Of a stretch of 32,000 nt of DNA, positions 18,290 through 25,178 are shown piece by piece; within the stretch, counting starts at the first letter, position 1; the number at the start of each line of letters is the position of its first letter. Source of the DNA: Candidatus Saccharimonadota bacterium (GTDB lineage: Bacteria; Patescibacteriota; Microgenomatia; UBA1406; GWC2-37-13); contig MGBH01000001.1 of assembly GCA_001790095.1 (NCBI GenBank), positions 60,001 to 92,000 on the forward strand. The letters are read 5' to 3'. Made by a program: the position numbers and the translations under genes. The notes under the pieces were generated by a model. That model ran no database searches, was not told the origin of the DNA, and was given only the letters and a program-made list of their open reading frames with translations.

Positions 18290-19358
18290 CTAATATTTTT
18301 TGTAAACTTGTCTTCATTTGATCGGAGATATTGTTATATATGTACTCTATCTCTGCTTTACCCAAATTGAGATGCAACGCATGGGTAATAAAAGGATTCT
18401 TCCAAATAGAATATGTACCTAGTTCTTTTGTTTGCGTATTAAGCATGGTCACCAGTATTTGGAGCATCTTTGTGGTCATACTCTGTTTTTTATATAGATA
18501 TGTCAAAAGCGAGAGTGCGCATATCTCAACCGCTACTTGATCTTCGCTTGCCATGATGATTCCGGGATCAAGGTCAACGACATGTGAGGGAAAAAGGGAT
18601 AAAGCTGCATATTTATCAGGTCCAAGGGTGACCTGGGCTTTTGTAGCAGTTAGAAGGGTAAGACGAAGTTTTGATTTGACCGCAAGACTTATCTCAACGA
18701 TCTTTTTAAAGAAAGAGTCGCTTTTGTCATTGACTGTTTTTATACTTCCTTGTATTGCCCGAGTTTTCATAACGAAAGAAAAAGGTCCATTCATATGAAA
18801 TTCTAGTCTACTGTCTTCTCGCAACAGGCCGACAAAGTTCTTAAATCCAAGCGTTACTCCCGCTTGTACATGGGTGCTTAATCGGGGCAGATTGATGATA
18901 TGGTCGACTTTTTTGACCCAGTTAGTGATGAAAAACCCATGTTTCCAGGATAATCCATCAGATTTATATCGATAAAATCCCTTATCCCACCCTTCTTCCT
19001 CAAAAGCGGCAAAAGGAATTTCTTTCATCCTTTTCATACCCGATTTTTCATAGTTGCCCTTAGATGATCCTTTAACAGTCCCGTTTGGACTGTGAAGTAC
19101 ATGTCCGATACCTGATTGGTCACCGATTACGACTCGCGCACCCCTTTGTATTAATAATCGGGCAATTACTTCTATGGTAACTGGATCAGTTGTGGCAGGA
19201 TATGGGTCAGGAGAGTTGAGAGCTGGTTTTAACAATACGACGTCGCCCTTTGAAAGCCATGAAAGATCGTTGGTTGACTTAAGTAATATGTTTTTTATAG
19301 AAGACTCTAGATTCTTTTGTTCTTTTACTCCATATATATAGAGTTTTGATTTATACAT
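18249..19358 (-). CDS. DUF362 domain protein, 369 aa
   Basis: GDVVLLKPALNSPDPYPATTDPVTIEVIARLLIQRGARVVIGDQSG and INLPRLSTHVQAGVTLGFKNFVGLL match the DUF362 family pattern. The last 41 nt including the stop are antisense to tRNA-Ile. Confidence 0.8.
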   Translation of the reverse strand: MYKSKLYIYGVKEQKNLESSIKNILLKSTNDLSWLSKGDVVLLKPALNSPDPYPATTDPVTIEVIARLLIQRGARVVIGDQSGIGHVLHSPNGTVKGSSKGNYEKSGMKRMKEIPFAAFEEEGWDKGFYRYKSDGLSWKHGFFITNWVKKVDHIINLPRLSTHVQAGVTLGFKNFVGLLREDSRLEFHMNGPFSFVMKTRAIQGSIKTVNDKSDSFFKKIVEISLAVKSKLRLTLLTATKAQVTLGPDKYAALSLFPSHVVDLDPGIIMASEDQVAVEICALSLLTYLYKKQSMTTKMLQILVTMLNTQTKELGTYSIWKNPFITHALHLNLGKAEIEYIYNNISDQMKTSLQKILVRPLGFGPRTSTL

Positions 19359-19400
19359 AACAGTTGCCTATGATTTTTTTACTCCGTAATACTTATTTGA

Positions 19401-19409
19401 TGTTATAAT
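19401..19409 (+). promoter_or_regulatory. Extended -10 promoter TGtTATAAT upstream of tRNA-Phe
   Basis: TG at 19401-19402 and TATAAT at 19404-19409. The tRNA starts 20 nt downstream at 19429. Confidence 0.55.
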
Positions 19410-19428
19410 AATCATTGCGGATTATCCA

Positions 19429-19501
19429 GCTGAGATAGCCAAGGTGGTCACGGCGGGGGTCTGAAAAACCTCAGATGCGTGTTCGACTCACGCTCTCAGC
19501 A
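19429..19501 (+). tRNA. tRNA-Phe (anticodon GAA)
   Basis: Acceptor GCTGAGA/TCTCAGC, anticodon stem GGGGT/ACCTC with loop CTGAAAA, T arm GCGTG-TTCGACT-CACGC, discriminator A. The D arm (GCCA-AGGTGGTCA-CGGC) and the 4-nt variable loop are atypical for Phe. Confidence 0.7.
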
Positions 19502-19550
19502 CCTCGGTTAACTCAGTGTAAACACTTCGTCATTTCATTTTTCTATGTAA

Positions 19551-19556
19551 TATAAT
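19551..19556 (+). promoter_or_regulatory. -10 box TATAAT, 6 nt upstream of ATG 19563
   Basis: Read directly. The spacer atcttc contains no SD motif. Confidence 0.45.
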
Positions 19557-19562
19557 ATCTTC

Positions 19563-20174
19563 ATGGGAGCAGAGCATCATCGTTTACCAAAAGAAAACTT
19601 AGGAGTTATAGAGCACAATATTGGCCCAACGATCATTATAGCTAGTTTTTTAAATACTCATAGTGATCCAAGAGGCGAACACCCCAATATAGATATAGCA
19701 ACAAAGAGAACAGGAGTATGGTTGACTACCCCGCACATGATTCAAGATGAACTCTATGATTTCATCATTGGACCGGATGGGTTGGCTTCTTGTATTGCAG
19801 TGAGAAGAAACGATGGTAAACCCGTTATAGTTCAAGGATTTTCAACAGACAGTATTTCTGTTAGTTTAGTTAAAGATGTAGAATCGCATGATAATGCAAC
19901 ATTCACAAATATTCCTGAAGGAGAAGGGACGCAAAGCGTAGTTTCCAAATGGTATAAAAGGGATGGATTTGTTGAGTGCTATACAGTATTAACTCTACCC
20001 ATAAGTCCATCTGACAATCCGGTTAATTCATTTTCGCCATATGCGGAAAGAAAAAATCTTATTAGCGGTATGAACAACAGGGGGTTTCTTAGACTTGTAC
20101 CAAATATGGCATGGCCACTACGAAACACTGACAAAAGCGAGCTACCTTTTGGTCGAGAGCTTGGTAAGCATTAA
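19563..20174 (+). CDS. Hypothetical soluble protein, 203 aa, no family recognised
   Basis: Track ORF with non-repetitive, globular-looking composition and no TM span or signal peptide. It is the first gene after tRNA-Phe. Confidence 0.6.
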   Translation: MGAEHHRLPKENLGVIEHNIGPTIIIASFLNTHSDPRGEHPNIDIATKRTGVWLTTPHMIQDELYDFIIGPDGLASCIAVRRNDGKPVIVQGFSTDSISVSLVKDVESHDNATFTNIPEGEGTQSVVSKWYKRDGFVECYTVLTLPISPSDNPVNSFSPYAERKNLISGMNNRGFLRLVPNMAWPLRNTDKSELPFGRELGKH

Positions 20175-20423
20175 AACTATCTTTTTTCTTCAGTTTATTC
20201 AGTTTTCTTTCAGAAATAGTAGATATTCTTAAACTATGAAATACGGATGAGCCCGTATTTCAAAAAAAGGATAAGGGACGAGTCTGGTACATATACATGC
20301 TTGTTGTTTATGCCAGCCGTATGCTTTTTTTGCTCAGGACATTCAAAACATATGCTCTGAGTTTTATTGTGGAAATAGGTAGTAATAAAAAAAACCAAAA
20401 AAATTTTGAAGAGTTATTTCAAA

Positions 20424-21326
20424 TTAAATAGTTAATTGAAATTGTTGTTTTAACCAATCAATAGCTAAGTTTTTTACATCATTTAATGATCCATAATCTT
20501 CATTAAGTAAATATCCAGCTGCATAGACTATTGCATCATGTCTTTGCTGCAATATTTGACCCTTAGAACGATCAAATGGGTAAAGTTCAAGAGGTAGATT
20601 AATTCTTTCAAGAAACAACTTTTGCAATTCTTCAGTTAATTCATATGGATTTAATCCATTTGGGAGCTTCGTATCAACAAGGAGCAAACTGATAAATCTA
20701 CCTAGGTCCTGCGTGATCGGTCCAATAACAGCATTTTCATAATCTATAACCGCTATTGCCTCTGCAGTTCCTGGTCTAAATAGTACATTAGCTCTACCGA
20801 AGTCGCCATGAATCCATTGATTATTACCTTCATGACTTTCACCTTCAAAAGAAATACATTGTAATGCTCCATGCATTTTTCCCATTAACCCAATTGCAGA
20901 GTCAATTTCAAGTGAATTGTAAGGATATCTATTTTCACCCTCTGTATATTGTGTATGTGTGACTAGCAATCCATCTTCAGTCATAGATACAGGTACTTCA
21001 GGATCAATTAGTTGTCTCCCAGGGATGTCAAAGTGTCTTGACATAGCATCTTCAATAAGAATACCTTTAATTATTTGTGGCCATCGAATGTCACTTTGTC
21101 GCCAATAAATATCAACCTGATTACTTCCTCCTTTTTTAACAACAAGATTCCTATGACCACCATGAAGCAATTCATCTCCCGGTGATAGTACTTTCTGAGC
21201 AGTCTTTTGTTTCCAAACATGTGCATCTTGTGGACATACAGAATTCATGTATGTTGCCTTTTCAGATCCTCGGATAAGCGCTTGAATTGAAGGCGTTATT
21301 TTTAAGTTAACGGTTTCGTGCATCAT
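20424..21326 (-). CDS. Aminoglycoside phosphotransferase / CotS / choline-kinase-like small-molecule kinase fold, 300 aa
   Basis: Catalytic loop WIHGDFGRANVLF (HGDxxxxN, residues 173-180) followed by VIDYENAVIG (D195/E197 metal-binding motif). A Lys-containing strand LVVKK lies in the N-lobe. Confidence 0.75.
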   Translation of the reverse strand: MMHETVNLKITPSIQALIRGSEKATYMNSVCPQDAHVWKQKTAQKVLSPGDELLHGGHRNLVVKKGGSNQVDIYWRQSDIRWPQIIKGILIEDAMSRHFDIPGRQLIDPEVPVSMTEDGLLVTHTQYTEGENRYPYNSLEIDSAIGLMGKMHGALQCISFEGESHEGNNQWIHGDFGRANVLFRPGTAEAIAVIDYENAVIGPITQDLGRFISLLLVDTKLPNGLNPYELTEELQKLFLERINLPLELYPFDRSKGQILQQRHDAIVYAAGYLLNEDYGSLNDVKNLAIDWLKQQFQLTI

Positions 21327-21446
21327 AAATTGTTGAACTAATATTCAATATGAAGGCTTATTATAGCAGATTGCTATAGGATATGTCCACTATACTTATT
21401 AATTTAATTACTTTAATTGAAGACAATACTATTTAATTATCCTTAG

Positions 21447-22682
21447 CTATATTTTAAGAGGAGTAACGGTAATTTCTGGTTTTTGTACTATGGTTTTGGG
21501 ATCATATTGGACATTTATATGATGTTGAGTTACTCTACTTGGAATAGTTATTTCGCCTGATGTTGTTATAAAATCTCCTATTTCCATGGTTTGACTTACT
21601 GCTTTTGGATCTATTAAAATTCTTGAACCCTCCCATGTACAAGTTCTGTCTTGTAAGGATTTTACTAAATAAGGATTATAAGAATTAAACTCAAACCTAC
21701 CGTCTTTAAGCTCACGGTGAACAACTCCAGCTATTGGAAAAGCATGCCCTCCGTTAATAGCAATAAATAATTTAGCCGCTTCAGGTTGAACATGTCCCAA
21801 ATAATACTCAGCAGGACTTATTCCTTTTTTCATCAGCATATGAGCATATCTTGTATTATCGTCACAAACCATCCCCAAATCTAGCCAGTCCACTTCTTGA
21901 AGCGATTTTTGCATAAAAGAATACATTGTTGGTGGGTCAAGAAAGTCACCCAGTTTAAAATTTATACCCAGGTCGTTAATAATTCTATATAAGGGCGAAT
22001 TTTTCTCTCCTTCCCCAAACATCATTACAAGATGATCTGCGATCTGAGAAGCAACAGCATGTTTTTGTTTATAATATCTTCCGTCTAAATTACCTTTCCA
22101 TTTTTCAGGCGGCTCATCTTGGAGTGATCCCTTTCCTCTTTCTTCTGATTTGAGGGGAAAACAATCAACTTTTGTGACTATTAGGGTTTGCTCTGCAAGA
22201 TCAAAATCTATAAATAGTTCTTTGTCAATATTAGAATCTAAGGCAACACCTTCAACTTCCTGTAAATGTTTTAGCATTTCCAGATAACCCATCACCCCAG
22301 CCATTTGAAATTTATATGGTAAATGTCTATTATGATTTTCTGAACCATCCAGTAAAGTTTCACCTTGCGCTCTTTCTAATGCAATCTCATTTGACATTAA
22401 CTGATCACCTTCGATATTCAAAGATTTAACAAGTCTTGTTTTCACTTTCCAACCAGGAAGATGTATTCCTAACTCCTCACATAATGTAACTCTTTCCATA
22501 CCACTATGTTCTTTTAAAAAATCTGCCTCTGCTTTAATAGAGTCCAATTGACCACTACGCGCTCTTTTTATAATGATAGGAGTGTTTCCTAGTGTAGCTT
22601 CATGTATAGTTGCTTGTGATCCTATATCACTTAATAGAGAACCTCGAGTTAATCTATTTGTAGGTGGAACTGTTTCGGACAT
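21447..22682 (-). CDS. Hypothetical 411-aa protein with a degenerate Bud32/RIO/Kdo-kinase-like N-terminal region and an unassigned C-terminal half
   Basis: Track ORF. LLSDIGSQATIHEATLGNTPIIIKRA (loop plus Lys39), AEADFLKE, IALERAQGETL (hinge-like) and ALDSNIDKELFIDFDL (DFD resembles DFG). The catalytic loop does not fit HxDxxxxN. Confidence 0.6.
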   Translation of the reverse strand: MSETVPPTNRLTRGSLLSDIGSQATIHEATLGNTPIIIKRARSGQLDSIKAEADFLKEHSGMERVTLCEELGIHLPGWKVKTRLVKSLNIEGDQLMSNEIALERAQGETLLDGSENHNRHLPYKFQMAGVMGYLEMLKHLQEVEGVALDSNIDKELFIDFDLAEQTLIVTKVDCFPLKSEERGKGSLQDEPPEKWKGNLDGRYYKQKHAVASQIADHLVMMFGEGEKNSPLYRIINDLGINFKLGDFLDPPTMYSFMQKSLQEVDWLDLGMVCDDNTRYAHMLMKKGISPAEYYLGHVQPEAAKLFIAINGGHAFPIAGVVHRELKDGRFEFNSYNPYLVKSLQDRTCTWEGSRILIDPKAVSQTMEIGDFITTSGEITIPSRVTQHHINVQYDPKTIVQKPEITVTPLKI

Positions 22683-22688
22683 CTAATT

Positions 22689-22694
22689 ATTATA
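22689..22694 (-). promoter_or_regulatory. -10 box TATAAT, 6 nt upstream of the ATG at 22680-22682
   Basis: The plus strand reads attata at 22689-22694. The spacer ctaatt is 6 nt. Confidence 0.5.
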
Positions 22695-22762
22695 TCAATA
22701 AAGCTAATAGGACAATATCTTGCGTAATACTCGAATTATACTTATTTGAGTTTGACTCACAT

Positions 22763-23611
22763 TCAAGCATTAATAGACATAAGTTGTCTAGTTATTTGAA
22801 TAGCTCCTTTTCTCACAGGGTCAAATTTTTCAATAAAATCTTCCCATCTTTCAGGTTGAACAAATTCTTCATTTTCAAGAGCTTTTTCAACCGCCTCCAG
22901 ATGCGCTTTTCCAACAACAATTCCTTTTCTACCAGGTAGTTCAGTCATTAAACGTTTAATATTTGGACCCAAATATTCATATTCACTCAGAAATCCTCTA
23001 TAACATATTGCGATAGCAGCTGTTAATCTTAAGATGTCTAACAACACCTCATCTGTAATCGTTTCGGGAAGTTGACCTTTATTTATTACAATGCTCCGTA
23101 GCCGATTTTTTATACTAGCTATGTCTAAAGACTCAACATTGTCTTGTATTGACAAGACTCTTTGAATGCCGTCATCTATCGCCTTAAACGCTTCTTGTGT
23201 ACTTTTTGCATTGATAATAGGTTCTGCATACTGGCTAAGCAACAGATAGGTACCCATTTCGTTTTTATCTAATCCATATTTGTCTGTCATCTCAAAGATA
23301 TTACAACCTTCTTCCAGCGGATGAATTGGAGTTTTATGTTTTTTTTTAAAGGTTGATACAATGTATCTTTCATAAGCGAACTGGTCAAAGTCATACATTT
23401 TTCTAAGGGATGTTGAGGTGCCTTCACATAATAAATTATCACAAGTTCTCAATACAGGAAAAATTTTCATTCTCATTTCAGGTGAAACCTGGGTTGCAGT
23501 ATGATTTAATGCAAAGATGTTAACACTCCCTCGTGAATATATATCTGGTTCAACTCTGAGAGCTATTTTTCTTGGCAGCTCAATTCTTCTTGGTACAGCA
23601 AGCTCAAACAT
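22763..23611 (-). CDS. Hypothetical 282-aa protein, possible TraB/GumN/Tiki-like fold
   Basis: Track ORF. N-terminal IFALNHTATQVSPEMR..LLCEG resembles the GTxHVxxxS..E motif, and C-terminal GIVVGKAHLEAVEKAL resembles the VVGxxHL motif of the TraB/PrgY/GumN family. This is a weak motif-level call. Confidence 0.55.
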   Translation of the reverse strand: MFELAVPRRIELPRKIALRVEPDIYSRGSVNIFALNHTATQVSPEMRMKIFPVLRTCDNLLCEGTSTSLRKMYDFDQFAYERYIVSTFKKKHKTPIHPLEEGCNIFEMTDKYGLDKNEMGTYLLLSQYAEPIINAKSTQEAFKAIDDGIQRVLSIQDNVESLDIASIKNRLRSIVINKGQLPETITDEVLLDILRLTAAIAICYRGFLSEYEYLGPNIKRLMTELPGRKGIVVGKAHLEAVEKALENEEFVQPERWEDFIEKFDPVRKGAIQITRQLMSINA

Positions 23612-23617
23612 ATTTGT

Positions 23618-23623
23618 ATTATA
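23618..23623 (-). promoter_or_regulatory. -10 box TATAAT, 6 nt upstream of the ATG at 23609-23611
   Basis: The plus strand reads attata at 23618-23623. The spacer atttgt is 6 nt. Confidence 0.5.
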
Positions 23624-23708
23624 CTATAAGTTATTCACTACCATATCTCTGTTTGTATTTTTATATCAAGTTTGATAAGATACCATCTTATTACTTTAAC
23701 TAATCAAT

Positions 23709-24266
23709 ATGCCCTCATTACATGAAGACATGCGATATGAAACTGTATTTGGTGTTAATGGTGAATCATTAAAACAAACTCCACATTATTTTCATGTAAC
23801 CATCTCGGAAGGTCAATCATTGTGGGGAGATGCTTTAGGTTTAGCCGAAAACGTTAAAACATCAATGGATCCACTTTTTTATAGTAGAAACGGCGACAAT
23901 CTTGGATTAACCGTGCAGGAAGTAGGAAAATTTGGAGCATCAGCAGTAACATGGAAAGATACTAAAACAAATGAGACGCGTCTTCTTATGATGACAGATG
24001 GTTATAATATTGTTGTTCCAGATCCGAGTTTTCTCCCAATTGGAGATCAGTGCTGTAATGATGCAAGCGGTATCAATATTGGGATACAAGGTCATGATGA
24101 TTTGTCATCTTACCAGAAAAGTATGCCATGGGTTAATGCAGTTCTTACAAAGCTAGGTATGAATAACGGAAAAACAGCAGAACCTTTAACCATTGAGGAA
24201 ATGGCAGGTCATATGAGAAGAAAAATAAACGAGGCTCAGATAAAGAATAGAAGATCTCATTTTTAA
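23709..24266 (+). CDS. Hypothetical soluble protein, 185 aa, no family recognised
   Basis: Track ORF, divergent from the 282-aa gene, with globular composition and a basic C-terminal tail RRKINEAQIKNRRSHF. Confidence 0.6.
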   Translation: MPSLHEDMRYETVFGVNGESLKQTPHYFHVTISEGQSLWGDALGLAENVKTSMDPLFYSRNGDNLGLTVQEVGKFGASAVTWKDTKTNETRLLMMTDGYNIVVPDPSFLPIGDQCCNDASGINIGIQGHDDLSSYQKSMPWVNAVLTKLGMNNGKTAEPLTIEEMAGHMRRKINEAQIKNRRSHF

Positions 24267-24402
24267 CTTCTTAAAGAGACAGTTTACTTATGTAGCCGGG
24301 GACAACAATTCTCTATGTCATAGACATAAAAAAATTTGTGTTGGAGATGACTATTCTTAAGAATTAGCCTGAAGCAAAGACCTTGAGAGGCAAACAGAGC
24401 TG

Positions 24403-24411
24403 TGATATACT
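24403..24411 (+). promoter_or_regulatory. Extended -10 promoter TGaTATACT upstream of the tRNA-Gly fragment/hairpin
   Basis: TG at 24403-24404 and TATACT at 24406-24411. The predicted transcription start falls just before the tRNA-like fragment at 24421/24422. Confidence 0.45.
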
Positions 24412-24420
24412 TTCTTCACA

Positions 24421-24486
24421 TGCGGTGGTAGTTCCCCACTTCGTTCCAATATATATTGGAACTTCGAGGGGCAAGCTACAAACGCA
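24421..24486 (+). other. tRNA-Gly 5' fragment (14 nt) fused to a long imperfect hairpin; a pseudo-tRNA, leader or small insertion remnant
   Basis: tgcggtggtagttc at 24421-24434 is identical to 24534-24547 (position -1 to 13 of tRNA-Gly). It is followed by CCCC (24434-24437), ACTTCG, the perfect palindrome TTCCAATAT/ATATTGGAA (24444-24461), CTTCGA and GGGG (24468-24471). The outer tgcggtggtag can pair 9/11 with ctacaaacgca (24476-24486). Confidence 0.5.
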
Positions 24487-24534
24487 TATAAGTCAGATAA
24501 CATGTTTACACTTCGAAGCTTTATGCAAAGAAGT

Positions 24535-24609
24535 GCGGTGGTAGTTCAACGGTAGAATGTTTCCTTGCCAAGGAAAAGGTTGCCGGTTCAAATCCGGTCC
24601 ACCGCTCCA
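24535..24609 (+). tRNA. tRNA-Gly (anticodon GCC), CCA encoded
   Basis: Acceptor GCGGTGG/CCACCGC, D arm GTTC-AACGGTA-GAAT, anticodon stem TTTCC/GGAAA with loop TTGCCAA, T arm GCCGG-TTCAAAT-CCGGT, discriminator U, then CCA. Confidence 0.88.
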
Positions 24610-24616
24610 GTTGATA

Positions 24617-25168
24617 TTAATAAAAGAATACTTTTAAGATATATAGATCCCACACAATCATCATTCCCAAAAAGAAAGCTTCCCATAAGCCACCATTTTT
24701 ATTTTTTTGATATAAAAACACTGTCCCTAAGGTATAGATTATTGCTATAAAAAGACCGACATAACCGATCGATCTGTTTATCTCAAGTATTAATAGATGG
24801 AGGTATAATAACCAGATCAAAGAAATTGCAAATAGTAAAAAACCAAAAATTAAATGCCCCTTTATATTTTTGTGGGCAGGTATAAATCCCACCATAAACA
24901 TAGACAGATATGCTAAAAGCATCAAGGCAATGACAACAATATTGCTTTGTAGTCCAAGATGGTAAATAAGGATAAATAAATATATGATTCTCATGATTGA
25001 TGTGACGATCACAGTGAGATTAAAATAGATAGCAGTTTCTTTTATGGTGCCAAAGAATGATAATGGTTGTTTGCGAATGCTAAATTTACCATGTTTTTTT
25101 GCACAAAGATAAAAAGAAGTTGCCATGAAGACCGAACTGACAATTCCGATATATTTCAAATACTGCAT
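24617..25168 (-). CDS. Small polytopic membrane protein, 183 aa (about 6 TM spans), family not recognised
   Basis: Track ORF, strongly hydrophobic throughout. It is one of the few genes here with an SD-like AAGAGG about 7 nt upstream of the ATG. Confidence 0.65.
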   Translation of the reverse strand: MQYLKYIGIVSSVFMATSFYLCAKKHGKFSIRKQPLSFFGTIKETAIYFNLTVIVTSIMRIIYLFILIYHLGLQSNIVVIALMLLAYLSMFMVGFIPAHKNIKGHLIFGFLLFAISLIWLLYLHLLILEINRSIGYVGLFIAIIYTLGTVFLYQKNKNGGLWEAFFLGMMIVWDLYILKVFFY

Positions 25169-25178
25169 AAGAGACCTC

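Noticed and set aside
19429-24609. Calling the tRNA-bracketed block a mobile element or integrative island
   Set aside because: I could not find an integrase, recombinase or transposase ORF. I found no direct repeat of the tRNA-Phe 3' end; the best match is only about 10 nt (ttTgactcac near 22747-22756), which is within chance. I saw no obvious GC difference by eye. It is kept as a hypothesis in the findings, not as a mobile_element feature.
24565-24750. 61-aa plus-strand ORF
   Set aside because: It starts inside tRNA-Gly and runs antisense to a clearly hydrophobic minus-strand membrane protein gene, so it is a shadow ORF.
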